Source of the DNA: Candidatus Kryptoniota bacterium
GTDB lineage: Bacteria > Bacteroidota > Ignavibacteria > Kryptoniales > JAKASW01
DNA length: 64,000 bases
NCBI GenBank assembly: GCA_046706745.1
Contig: JBJKPC010000054.1
Span: 15,759 to 79,758 of the forward strand
Direction: 5' to 3'
Below are positions 37,521 to 47,149 of this stretch, piece by piece; position 1 is the stretch's first letter, and every line of letters begins with the position of its first letter. The notes under the pieces are model-generated. The model worked only from the letters and a program-made list of their open reading frames with translations. It made no database searches and was not told where the DNA came from. The translations under genes and the position numbers were made by a program.

Positions 37521-38507
37521 TCAAAGCTCCTTGAATTCTTTCAGCAAATCCGCTGCCTTTAGTCTCACATATCTGTTTTGGTCGGAAACCGATTTCTCCT
37601 TCAGGACCTCGAGGACCCTCGGATCGACGCGCCTCTCGACCGCCGTACCCGATGTCGCACCCAGCACTTTACCGGCAAGGAAGTTTATCGCTGCAACCCG
37701 CATCCCGGGATTCCTGTCGTTTTGGAGGACGAACAGCAGTGCATCCTTTATAATTTTGCTAAACGGAAATTTCTCCAGCGACAGCAGCGCTTCTCTCCTG
37801 ACACCTGTGTTCGCATCTGTCTCCACGGCCTTTACCATTGCAGCCACTATCTCCGGATCGGCTTTCTCCGACGCATCCAGCATTCCAATCGTTCTCAGCC
37901 GAACGCCGGGATTGTCTGAATTCACGAGTGCGAACGCCAGTACCTTCTGGACGTCTTTTTCGTCAAGCGATCCGTCTAGGACGTAACGCCTGCTGAGATT
38001 GAAGGAGAATCTTAGATCTCCCTGCTTAGTCCCTGCTAGAAAACGAACATCCGAAATGGCGACATCGCTGGAGTTTGCTGCCGATATCTGCGACAGCACT
38101 GCGTGCGTATTGGATACCTCGCCGGAATTTCCTCCAAAGATAACGAAACCTGCAAGAAGGCCTGTCGCAAGCGCCAACACGGCCATCCCTCCGGCAGCAT
38201 ACACCGGAATCGCAGGAATGCGCCCCTTCCAGGCAGCAGGTCCGGTCTTCTTAATATCCTGTCCGGCGGCGTGACGCATTTCTCTAACAAGCGCGGGATG
38301 CGACTCCCTTCTCGCTTCAAGGAGACCCTGTTCGCCGGTGCTCTCGCGATTCCAATTTCCTTCACGAAACATCCCGGAGAGCTCTTCCTTGAAATAGCTG
38401 CACGCGGGGCACGAAAGAAGATGCCCTTCAAGATGCTGCTTCTCTTCGTCTTCAAGTTCACCGTAGAGTGAAAGCACAATCCACTTTGCATATTTCCTGT
38501 GTTTCAT
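37521..38507 (-). CDS. Anti-sigma factor (zf-HC2, single TM) with extracytoplasmic HEAT-like repeats
   Basis: 'HLEGHLLSCPACSYF' (HxxxCxxC), TM 'VYAAGGMAVLALATGLLAGFVIFGG', repeats 'NPGVRLRTIGML / NTGVRREALLSL / NPGMRVAAINFL / NRYVRLKAADLL'. Confidence 0.75.
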   Translation of the reverse strand: MKHRKYAKWIVLSLYGELEDEEKQHLEGHLLSCPACSYFKEELSGMFREGNWNRESTGEQGLLEARRESHPALVREMRHAAGQDIKKTGPAAWKGRIPAIPVYAAGGMAVLALATGLLAGFVIFGGNSGEVSNTHAVLSQISAANSSDVAISDVRFLAGTKQGDLRFSFNLSRRYVLDGSLDEKDVQKVLAFALVNSDNPGVRLRTIGMLDASEKADPEIVAAMVKAVETDANTGVRREALLSLEKFPFSKIIKDALLFVLQNDRNPGMRVAAINFLAGKVLGATSGTAVERRVDPRVLEVLKEKSVSDQNRYVRLKAADLLKEFKEL

Positions 38508-38522
38508 AGTAGTGATCTCCTG

Positions 38523-39158
38523 CTAAGCGACCGCCTCGAGTTCCTTCTGAAGTCTGCGAACCGCTTCAAAGAGGTGCTTCTTCACAGTCCCCTCCGCGCA
38601 GTTTGTCGCCACGGCTATCTCTCTCAACTTGTATCCTTCGTAGTGTTTCATTGCAAAGACGAGCCGCTGCATCGGAGAAAGAGTTTCAAGCGCCTTTTCT
38701 ATCTGGCTCTGCAGTTCTGCTCTCATGAAATTACCTTCCACAGTATCGGAAGAGACCCCTTCAAGTAACGGTCTTTCCTCAGATCGCGATAGCGCTGCCG
38801 GCTCGCCTTGCTCGAATATGCTCGCATGCTTTCTCTTCCTCGCATTGAACCTCATACATACGTTTGTCGCAATACGGAAGATCCATGTAGAGAACTGGCT
38901 TTTCATCTCAAACTTACTCAAAGACCTGTAAGCTCTTATGAGCGTTTCCTGGTAAATATCTTTAGCGTCGTCAGAATTACGGGTGTATGAAAACGCGAGC
39001 GAAAGTATACGGCGGTCGTATTTCTGGATAAGCTCTTCAAACGCATCGAGGTCGCCGCTCTGTGCAGAGAGGATCAGTTCCCTATCACTAATTGTCACGG
39101 CTTCAGAAATACCTGCGGTCAACTCTTCCTCTTTTTTCCCTTTCTCCGGCGTCTTCAT
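38523..39158 (-). CDS. ECF (group IV) RNA polymerase sigma factor
   Basis: Region 2 'DAKDIYQETLIRAYRSL...FSTWIFRIATNVC'; region 4 'QRLVFAMKHYEGYKLREIAVATNCAEGTVKKHLFEAVRRL'. ATG 39158 with AGGAG 10 nt upstream is preferred over TTG 39197. Confidence 0.85.
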   Translation of the reverse strand: MKTPEKGKKEEELTAGISEAVTISDRELILSAQSGDLDAFEELIQKYDRRILSLAFSYTRNSDDAKDIYQETLIRAYRSLSKFEMKSQFSTWIFRIATNVCMRFNARKRKHASIFEQGEPAALSRSEERPLLEGVSSDTVEGNFMRAELQSQIEKALETLSPMQRLVFAMKHYEGYKLREIAVATNCAEGTVKKHLFEAVRRLQKELEAVA

Positions 39159-39302
39159 AGATTTCGACTCCTGTCTCTCGCGAAAGGTTGGGGGCAAAGG
39201 CCCTTCTTTCTCAAATGGAGAATAATTATTTATGGACTACGGCGAGAGTGACGGAGGGGGTACATCCACAGCCCGGGGGAGAACCGCGAAGCAAGAGCGA
39301 GA

Positions 39303-39950
39303 TTAGAAGTGCAGGAGTATCTTAAGGGATGTCCCCAAGAAGTAGAACGAAAGAAGAATCAGCACGACGCCGAGAGCGTAGTTCACCTTTTTCATCATTT
39401 CGTTGGAAATGAACCGTTTTGCCCAGTGCAGGGTATTTGCCAGCGTGAAAAGGTATGATGCCAGCCCGATTCCACCGGCGGCGAGAAACATCAATGAAGT
39501 CTTTGTATCAAAATTAGTTACAAGCCCGAGATCCCTCAAGATCCTGACGCCGATAAGCCACCAGACGATCATCATTGGGTTAGTTACCGCCAGGGAAAAA
39601 CCGGTGACATAAGACAGCCTTTTACTCCTCAATGTCGGGTGAGTAAGCTCAAGCATGTTGGCTTTCTTCCCATCGCGGAAAGTGAAGTATGAAAGAAGCC
39701 ATAGAATAACCGTGGCAACCAGGCCGAAAATCGCCACGACGATCTGATTCTTGAGAAAAGGAGCCACGCCGAATAGAGCGATGATACCGTACATAAGATC
39801 GGAACTCACCGACCCGAAGGCGACCATATAAGCGGCACGCAGATGGCTGTTAAGTGACCTCTTGGCTATTTCAATTTGTGTCGCTCCAACCGGTATTGCC
39901 GTGAGAAAGCCCAGGACATACGTAATAATCAGGAACAAAAATGTATCCAT
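39303..39950 (-). CDS. LysE/RhtB-type small-molecule exporter
   Basis: About 215 aa with 6 predicted TM segments. Start moved to ATG 39950 (MDTFLFLIITYVLGFLTAIPVGATQ); the upstream part of the track ORF overlaps the GT9 gene end. Confidence 0.65.
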   Translation of the reverse strand: MDTFLFLIITYVLGFLTAIPVGATQIEIAKRSLNSHLRAAYMVAFGSVSSDLMYGIIALFGVAPFLKNQIVVAIFGLVATVILWLLSYFTFRDGKKANMLELTHPTLRSKRLSYVTGFSLAVTNPMMIVWWLIGVRILRDLGLVTNFDTKTSLMFLAAGGIGLASYLFTLANTLHWAKRFISNEMMKKVNYALGVVLILLSFYFLGTSLKILLHF

Positions 39951-39991
39951 CACACCATATTGATTGTTTCGATGAGTCTTAATATAGGGCT

Positions 39992-41320
39992 TTACTTCAC
40001 AAGAATCCGCATACGTTCGCGTTCCATGCGTTTTCGCGCCGCATTCATATGCAGCGACGCCTCCTGAGCGATTTCTGCGGGATCGAGCGATTGAAAACAC
40101 CTGACCTCTTTGCAGGTCTTGGCCATTTTGTTTATGCAGGTTATGTTCCTGCAATTGTTACCGGCGACAAAGACCTTCGACGGCGCATCCTGATTTGCGG
40201 GGAAATAACCGGGAGATTCCGAGTCATAGCCGTAGATGTGAGAGGGAGTACCGCCGAACACGGAAAGAACCGCCGTCCTGTTTCGCAGACTACTGCCCGT
40301 CTCCCGCGAAAATTTGCGGGCCGCTGCAACATGAAGCGGTCCGGTATCCCCTGTGATGTAAACATCGGAGAAATCAATGAGAGCGGTGTATACGTCGAGA
40401 CCTGTGGATGGCGGGACCAAGGTAATTTTTCGGCGGTGTTCCGGGGGAAGCGAGAACATGAGCTCATGCTCGATCAGCTTTTCGACATGACCTGCGCCGA
40501 GGAGCACGGAGCAATTCATGCCGCACAGCTGTTTCAGCAGACTTAGCTGAAACTCGAACGGCATCCGTGTAAACTTGGCCGACGCGTCCGGATTGAAGAG
40601 CACCACCGGGTCATCCTTCGACACTCCATGATCGGCCAAAAATTTCTTTCCTTGGTTCAAGGCTTCATCAGAAATATAGACCTCGGCGCCTTTAAACTTC
40701 CGCCCAAAATCGGGAGCAACCATGTCTCGGAAGATCTCTCCCATGAACTTGTGCGATCTGTAAATGACATTGTTTACAACTTCTCCCTGGCGGCTCTCGT
40801 TCCTGATAAGCTCGGCTGCCATCATGGAGTAATTGACGACATTCTTTTTGCCGAAGACTCTATCATCGACCATCGGACTGAAGTTTATCACGAGGTCGTA
40901 ATCTTCACCTGCCGCGATAGCCGAGAGCCCTTCGATATCCATTTCATTGGGATACGGGGCTCCCTCGTAGAGAGAGAAGAGATTTGTTATTTGGGGATTG
41001 CCCTGAATAAGGCTACTCGCCGTTTTCTTTACCACGCAATCGATTCTCGCGTCGGGAAGGATATCTCTAATTGCAGACACGGCTCCCTGGGCGATGATGG
41101 CATCACCGATATTGAGATCGGCCGCCACAAGGATCTTTTCGAGCTTCTTTGTCCTTTTGAATTGTCTCCTCGCCTGATGTTCAACAGCCCTTAAGACGAG
41201 GATATTTCCAAGCAGGTTGCTGACCGCAATATCAAGAACCTTCGCACCGCGACGTGGAAAAACATCTGTTACTAAGCTTGCAAACTGGAAAAATCTCTTA
41301 AACTGTGTCTCTTTGTCCAT
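39992..41320 (-). CDS. Glycosyltransferase family 9-like (heptosyltransferase fold) with Cys-rich C-terminal extension
   Basis: 'ILVAADLNIGDAIIAQGAVSAIRD', 'VLFNPDASAKFTRMP', 'VYITGDTGPLHVAAA' (GT9-type motif), C-terminal 'CRNITCINKMAKTCKEVRC'. Start is ATG 41320 or TTG 41428. Confidence 0.7.
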   Translation of the reverse strand: MDKETQFKRFFQFASLVTDVFPRRGAKVLDIAVSNLLGNILVLRAVEHQARRQFKRTKKLEKILVAADLNIGDAIIAQGAVSAIRDILPDARIDCVVKKTASSLIQGNPQITNLFSLYEGAPYPNEMDIEGLSAIAAGEDYDLVINFSPMVDDRVFGKKNVVNYSMMAAELIRNESRQGEVVNNVIYRSHKFMGEIFRDMVAPDFGRKFKGAEVYISDEALNQGKKFLADHGVSKDDPVVLFNPDASAKFTRMPFEFQLSLLKQLCGMNCSVLLGAGHVEKLIEHELMFSLPPEHRRKITLVPPSTGLDVYTALIDFSDVYITGDTGPLHVAAARKFSRETGSSLRNRTAVLSVFGGTPSHIYGYDSESPGYFPANQDAPSKVFVAGNNCRNITCINKMAKTCKEVRCFQSLDPAEIAQEASLHMNAARKRMERERMRILVK

Positions 41321-41622
41321 CTGGAGTGGTTCCTTCTGTTGCCACCCTGGCTTGCTTGCGGAACCCGCGATGGCTTTCAATTCATTCCTCTCTCTCTGCG
41401 GTCTGCGCGACCGACTTTCCCTTTCCAAATTGAATTAGGTCGGAGGAATACAAGGTAGTCACTGCGCTAAATATAGTGCATTTATGTGAAAATCTGATGA
41501 ATTTCCCGGTATGAATACATGGAAAGATATTCAGGCAAGATCGCAGACCTGCAAATCAGCTTCGTTTCAAGCGACATGCAATTCCCTCCTCATTGTTTTC
41601 TTCAATAAGCCGGCCGCAATCC

Positions 41623-43368
41623 TCAACAGAACCTTACACAAACCTGGGTAATATCGTCGCTCTGCGGCGCATCTCCGACAAATAACGCCACCTCGCGTCT
41701 GATCGTTTCCAGGATATCATCGGCATCAAGCCCCGAGTTCGAAGCAAGAAGGTCGCCGATCCTTTCTTCTGTGAATTGTTCACCTTTGCCGTTCAGGGCT
41801 TCATTCACACCGTCGGTAAACATATAAAGAAGATCGCCCCGATCGATCCCTTCAGACCCGGTCTCGTACTTCACGTCGGGCATTACGCCCAACATCAGTC
41901 CGCCCTTGTCGAGTCTGACCACTCTTCCATCTTCTTTCATCAGATACGGGTAGTTGTGACCGCCGTTAATGTATGTAAGCGACTTTTTGCCGGCGTCGTA
42001 CAGAGCCGCAAAGAAAGTGATGAATTTGTCGAAATCTGTATTATCATAGATAATATTATTTAAACGCTCCACTATCTCATTGAGTTTCAGTTCAGTAGCC
42101 ATCAAGGCCCTGAACGCAGATTGCAGGTTGGCCATCAACAGGGCGGCCGGGAAACCCTTTCCGGACACATCGGCAATCGCAACGCAGAGCACTTTTTCGC
42201 CCAGCCTGATCACATCGAAGTAGTCACCTCCGACCTGCTTCGTCGAGATGTGGAACGTACCCACTTTGCAGCCGGGGAATCCTGGCATCTCTCTAGGCAG
42301 AAGTTTCTCCTGTATCGTGTGCGCGAGACTTAGTTCCTCCTCGAGGCGCTGTTTGGCAAGAGACTCGGCGAAGAGTCGAGCATTGTCGATTGCCATGGCT
42401 GCCAAATTACATAGCGAGGATATGAAGCTTATCTCGGAGTCGGAGTATCTGACGTGCGACATTCTCTCACCAAGGACAAGAAACCCGTCGGTCTTGCCCT
42501 GAAGTTGGAATGGGATCAAGATCTCCGCCCCTTTTTCAATGAGCCGTGCGGCGGTCGGGAAATCCGAATTGAGGCCCTCCAACCTAACCGGAGTCTCAAA
42601 TGAACAGAAGGGACGCAGGTCCGACTCCTCGAGACCTGGAATCCTGTTGACGACGATCTGCCCTTCCGAATCATGCACGAGACATATGGCATACCTCCTC
42701 GCACCGGTCTGTCCCATCACAGCGAATTCAAGCGTTCGAATCGCCCTCCCCTCGTCAATCAGCAAATTGAATTCTTTACTTAGCTCGAAAAGCGTTTGGA
42801 GTTCCTGCACCCTGCGCTGCAATTCCGAATTCGAATCTCTGTATTGCTGGAATACGATAGCGTTCTCTATGGCCGCGGCGGCAATGTTGCAAAGCGTGGA
42901 TACAAATTCTATTTCTCCAGCAGACAGCTCACCCCCGAGAAGTTTTTTCCCGATGAAGAGGTAACCGAACAGCCGATGAGATGTCCTGATCGCAAACAGC
43001 ATTGCCACTCCGGCGTCACCCAGACTATTATCGACTTTTTCCCGGAGTTCAGACGCACGCACAGATCCTTCGATGTCGAGAGCCAACAGCCTCTCTACCG
43101 TCTCGTCACTCAGAGAAATCCCCTTTTCTATCTTGACAGTATCCTCTCTGGCAGATTGCGAGACTGAGACGAAACGGACAACGGCTGCAGTCCTGGAAAC
43201 TGTCAGCTTGCCCATTGACGCGAGCATGATGTGGTTGAGAATGAATTTGTAGTCCAATGAGGAATTGAGAATCTTCGCCGTCTCTATAAGAGACGTGAGC
43301 TCAACGATCTGATCGCTCCCTCTGGCTTTCGGCCGCTTCCGGGAGGACGGTTTAGGATTACTGTGCAT
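41623..43368 (-). CDS. GAF-domain SpoIIE/PP2C-family serine phosphatase (RsbU-like), cytoplasmic
   Basis: Two GAF-like regions, then 'QEKLLP...VGGDYFDVI...VAIADVSGKGFPAALLM...INGGHNYPYL...FTDGVNEA'. Confidence 0.8.
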   Translation of the reverse strand: MHSNPKPSSRKRPKARGSDQIVELTSLIETAKILNSSLDYKFILNHIMLASMGKLTVSRTAAVVRFVSVSQSAREDTVKIEKGISLSDETVERLLALDIEGSVRASELREKVDNSLGDAGVAMLFAIRTSHRLFGYLFIGKKLLGGELSAGEIEFVSTLCNIAAAAIENAIVFQQYRDSNSELQRRVQELQTLFELSKEFNLLIDEGRAIRTLEFAVMGQTGARRYAICLVHDSEGQIVVNRIPGLEESDLRPFCSFETPVRLEGLNSDFPTAARLIEKGAEILIPFQLQGKTDGFLVLGERMSHVRYSDSEISFISSLCNLAAMAIDNARLFAESLAKQRLEEELSLAHTIQEKLLPREMPGFPGCKVGTFHISTKQVGGDYFDVIRLGEKVLCVAIADVSGKGFPAALLMANLQSAFRALMATELKLNEIVERLNNIIYDNTDFDKFITFFAALYDAGKKSLTYINGGHNYPYLMKEDGRVVRLDKGGLMLGVMPDVKYETGSEGIDRGDLLYMFTDGVNEALNGKGEQFTEERIGDLLASNSGLDADDILETIRREVALFVGDAPQSDDITQVCVRFC

Positions 43369-43795
43369 CTTTCAGGTAGCGGACCAACCTCACTTCGTTA
43401 GAAGCATCCTTACCCCCGTATTCCACCGTGTCCATAAGTTTTCTCATCAGGAAAATGCCGAGCCCCCCCGCCCTGTGCTTCTTGAACCTGTCCTTAATGT
43501 TGGGAACGGGAACTTCATCCGGCTTGAAACTTGCCCCCCAATCGCGGACGACTACTTGAAACTCGCGGTCGTTGGCGAGGATACTCACTTCAAATTCCGT
43601 GTTCGGATTTCCCTTGTAGGCGTGTTTTATCACGTTCGTGCAGGCCTCGTCGACGGCCAGAGTGATCTCGGAAACCTCCTTGTCGCCGAATCCGAATCCG
43701 GACGCACGCTCGAATACAAATTCTCGCACGTCTGCAAGTGCACCCGTTGTGCTCTTGAAAACCTTCTTGTCTTCTATTTTTTCAAGCTTCTTCAC
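43358..43795 (-). CDS. Anti-sigma regulatory factor-type Ser/Thr kinase (RsbW/SpoIIAB-like, HATPase_c)
   Basis: 'ITLAVDEACTNVIKHAY' (N-box), 'RAGGLGIFLMRKLMD' (G-box). Overlaps the downstream phosphatase gene by 11 nt. Confidence 0.8.
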   Translation of the reverse strand: MKKLEKIEDKKVFKSTTGALADVREFVFERASGFGFGDKEVSEITLAVDEACTNVIKHAYKGNPNTEFEVSILANDREFQVVVRDWGASFKPDEVPVPNIKDRFKKHRAGGLGIFLMRKLMDTVEYGGKDASNEVRLVRYLKDAQ

Positions 43796-43828
43796 AACAC
43801 TTTTTCTAGAGTTACTGAAATGGACCGA

Positions 43829-44179
43829 TTATTTACTGTCGAATTTCTTCAGCGCTTCGTCCTTGTCCTTGTAAATCTCGTACAGATACGGGAACCCGAG
43901 AAGGTCGAACACATTGAAAACCTTCTGTTGCATGTTCGCGAGTTTTATGTCGCCCTTATTGTTTCGGACTTCGTCTATATAAGCCATGAAAACGCCGAGG
44001 CCGGCACTCGATATGTAGTTGAGCTCGTGGAAATTGACCACGATGTTGTATTTGCCCTTTGCCATCAGATCCGAAAAAGTTTTTTCAAGATCAGGTGCCG
44101 TGTGAGCATCAAGGAAGCCGTGAAGCTCCATCACCACTGCATTGCCCGATTCTTGAGTCAGCACCTTAAACTCATTCAT
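43829..44179 (-). CDS. STAS-domain anti-sigma-factor antagonist
   Basis: 'VVNFHELNYISSAGLGVFM' carries the conserved Ser. ATG 44179 has GGAGGA 5 nt upstream. Confidence 0.8.
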   Translation of the reverse strand: MNEFKVLTQESGNAVVMELHGFLDAHTAPDLEKTFSDLMAKGKYNIVVNFHELNYISSAGLGVFMAYIDEVRNNKGDIKLANMQQKVFNVFDLLGFPYLYEIYKDKDEALKKFDSK

Positions 44180-44260
44180 TACTTCCTCCACCTTTCCTGG
44201 AATGTTCCCGTGTACCGGCCGAGCGACGAAGGAGAATCCCGGTCCGAACACATCTCAAAA

Positions 44261-46333
44261 TCATCTCCATTTTAAAACTAGCACGGTCGTGTCGTCGACC
44301 GCATCGGTCCCTTGTGAGAATTCTGCCAGAGCGCGGATAATGCCTCCTTTTATCTCTGTAGTTGAGCCGCCGCTCAGGTCTTTCAACAAATTGTAGAAAC
44401 GCTGTTCTCCAAACTCTTCGCCGTGCGGATCTCTTTGATCAGTGATTCCGTCGGTATACAAAACCAGAGTGTCTCCATGTTCCAGAACAAATTTTTCCTC
44501 GCCAAGATGCCTTCCGAAATCATCGGAAAGCTCGAGGCCGAGTCCGATACCAGTGGGCCTGACGAGCCTGCAGCGCTTCCGGCCACTGCCGTCCGTGCTT
44601 ATAAGTACTCCCGGAGTATGGCCCGCGCGAACAACCGACATTTCGCCGGTGTCGCATTCGAGCGTCACATAAATCAGCGTAATGAAGTAGCTCTTCTGCA
44701 GCGTATTGCCGACGGCTTCGTTAGCCGCCATCATAAATTCAGAAGGCGATTTCGCCGACGCCGAAAGCGACTGGAACACACCTTTCATATAAGCCATATA
44801 GAAGGCTGCGGACGTTCCTTTTCCCGATACGTCTCCGACGACGAAAGCATACTTATTGTCACCGATCCTGGAACAATCTATATAATCTCCGCCCACCTCG
44901 AATGCGGGGAATGACAGAAAATCGGTCTCGAAATTGTCGGAGCTTGGAAGCGAAGTGGGGAGCAGTTTGAGCTGCATCTCATGTGCAATGCGGAGCTCGT
45001 GCTGAAGCCTCTCGTTTTCGAGTGACTTAGTGAAAAGGAGTGAGTTTTGTATGGCAACCGCAGCGGTATCCGCAAAAGCGCTCACAGTTGAAATCTCCTC
45101 CTCGTCGAATGCATACGGCATCTCGTGTGCCGCATAAAGCATTCCTATGAACTCTTCATGTGCGGTGAGGGGAACGGCAAGCAGCGATTTCGCCGGGAAG
45201 TTCTTCAAGTTAAATTTTTCGAAGTCCTCCGTTTCCTGGATGATAACCCTGTTGTTCGACCTTACGGTCGCCCTAACCTGGGTAAAATCAAATGCGGACA
45301 GCTCATACTGGCTTGTCCTGTGGGTAGCAGATATCTTGTACTCCTCTACGTCACTCCCTTCATCCTCGTACCTGAGCTCTATCCACACTTTGTTCGCCTG
45401 GGTGACTGCCCCGACAACCGCAACGGTATTGTTCATAACTTCCGAAGTGTCCATTACGTTGGTTATCACCTTGCTCAGGTTCTGGTATGAATCGAGTTCC
45501 CTCTTCTTTTTCTCAAAAACTCCGCTCGTCGGGATATGAAAAATCGTAACCACGAATGCAAGGGTGAAATAAATCGTCAGGAATAGAAAGACTATCTTGC
45601 TGAATTCTCCCATCGGAGGGCTGTAAAAAGAGAGCACTCCTCCCGCCAGGTTAGCGGGACCGACAGATGCATAAGAATAGCCGAAAAGAACCAGCAATAC
45701 GAAGGAGTAGGCGAGCGACTTGTATTTCTCTTTTCTTGTGAGAAACACTATCCAGTTCATGCTGACAATGTGAAAGACGGCGAGGATCACGGCAACCACA
45801 AATGCAATATCCCTTAGGGCGGATAGAAAAGGGGAACCGCTGAAGATCGTAAGGATTGATGCCGTAAGCGCGAAGGCGATAAAGACTTCAAACCTTCTTC
45901 TGACTTTTCTCTCAGGTTTTATGTATATGATGTCGCTCATCGTCATGAGCAGGACGATCACGAAGACCGCGACTCCGAAGACAACGGCAGTAGTGAGAAG
46001 TAGCTGTGAGATACTGGAGGGAACGAAGGCGCCTGAAGAGTCCTTCTCCCCGCCAAGCGTGATTCCCGCCGTAGAAACAATCGCAGCGGAAAAGAAACTG
46101 AAGGCAAGAAGCTTACGCAGCGTTTCGAGAGGTTTGGCGGACTTCTTTGTTCTGAAAGCTCTCAGTGCGGCGTATAAGAAAACAAATGCGGCTACCGTCA
46201 GGAGACTCCGAAATCCATTGAGCACCGGATCTTCAAGATTGATCGAGATCCTGATCCAATCAAAGACCAGCAGGAGTGCCGCAATCACCCCCGCAGCAAC
46301 GAAGTAAAGGCTATTTCGGAAATTGATCCGCAT
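44261..46333 (-). CDS. Integral-membrane GAF-SpoIIE/PP2C serine phosphatase (RsbU-like)
   Basis: About 270-aa N-terminal multi-TM region, a GAF-like middle, then 'HEMQLKLLP...EVGGDYIDC...FVVGDVSGKGTSAAFYM...RAGHTPG...YTDGITDQ'. Confidence 0.8.
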   Translation of the reverse strand: MRINFRNSLYFVAAGVIAALLLVFDWIRISINLEDPVLNGFRSLLTVAAFVFLYAALRAFRTKKSAKPLETLRKLLAFSFFSAAIVSTAGITLGGEKDSSGAFVPSSISQLLLTTAVVFGVAVFVIVLLMTMSDIIYIKPERKVRRRFEVFIAFALTASILTIFSGSPFLSALRDIAFVVAVILAVFHIVSMNWIVFLTRKEKYKSLAYSFVLLVLFGYSYASVGPANLAGGVLSFYSPPMGEFSKIVFLFLTIYFTLAFVVTIFHIPTSGVFEKKKRELDSYQNLSKVITNVMDTSEVMNNTVAVVGAVTQANKVWIELRYEDEGSDVEEYKISATHRTSQYELSAFDFTQVRATVRSNNRVIIQETEDFEKFNLKNFPAKSLLAVPLTAHEEFIGMLYAAHEMPYAFDEEEISTVSAFADTAAVAIQNSLLFTKSLENERLQHELRIAHEMQLKLLPTSLPSSDNFETDFLSFPAFEVGGDYIDCSRIGDNKYAFVVGDVSGKGTSAAFYMAYMKGVFQSLSASAKSPSEFMMAANEAVGNTLQKSYFITLIYVTLECDTGEMSVVRAGHTPGVLISTDGSGRKRCRLVRPTGIGLGLELSDDFGRHLGEEKFVLEHGDTLVLYTDGITDQRDPHGEEFGEQRFYNLLKDLSGGSTTEIKGGIIRALAEFSQGTDAVDDTTVLVLKWR

Positions 46334-46513
46334 GTGACTTAATCTAATTCTACTATTCGCATTCTGCAATCAATTGTTACAACAGTGGCGAAAACAAACC
46401 ACCAGCACCGGTCGGATTGATAAGTGTGCCCCTCAGACAGGCCCGTTTTTCCGCCAAGAAATGCTTTCCTGTACGCCGAAACGACTATCGCAGCCCCTGC
46501 CGCAAACTGCTTC

Positions 46514-47149
46514 CTAGAACTTCTCCTCCCCTGCCCGGATATCGACATCAAGACGATTTGCTTTGGGAACTATCGGGCAACTGTAATTATGATTATAGGC
46601 GCAATAAGGATTGTAAGCATAGTTGAAGTCAAGCACATACTCTCCTGAAGCATTCGCTGTCAAATCCAGGTACCTTCCGCCCGAATATGAAGTCTTCCCG
46701 CAAGTATTGTCCAAGAACGGTAGGAAAAGGTCGTTCGAGTTGTCTCCCTCCATTTTGTAAACCTGCAGTTTCAGACTCCTGCCTTCGACCACAAATTCAA
46801 ATTTTCCTACAATAGTCGCCGGTCTCATCTCCCCTCCCGTGGCTTGTATTTCGGTCCTGACAGGGGTCTTCTCTTTGAGAAGTCTTACTCTGAATATCAG
46901 GTCAAAGTTCGGCGGATAATAATTGAGCTGCGTGAATTCCGCTCTCTGCGAAATCGTAAGCGGTGAGGCGGCGTCCGACTTGAAGAAGAGGTCCTTTCTC
47001 TCCCTGTAGCTCTCAAGCTGATCCACGTACAATTGCTTCTGAGCGGAACTGAACACCATCTTTTCAGAATTGCTCGAACATGAGGCAAGGCTGAGGGCCG
47101 CCGCCACCAATAGCGCAGCGACAAACCTATTTGTCGTTGCCGAGAACAA
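46514..47149 (-). CDS. DUF1684-family lipoprotein
   Basis: 'YYPPNFDL', 'SGGRYLDL', 'LDFNYAYNPYCAYNHNYSCPIVPKANRL'. TTG 47149 gives a lipobox signal MFSATTNRFVAALLVAAALSLASC. Confidence 0.7.
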   Translation of the reverse strand: MFSATTNRFVAALLVAAALSLASCSSNSEKMVFSSAQKQLYVDQLESYRERKDLFFKSDAASPLTISQRAEFTQLNYYPPNFDLIFRVRLLKEKTPVRTEIQATGGEMRPATIVGKFEFVVEGRSLKLQVYKMEGDNSNDLFLPFLDNTCGKTSYSGGRYLDLTANASGEYVLDFNYAYNPYCAYNHNYSCPIVPKANRLDVDIRAGEEKF

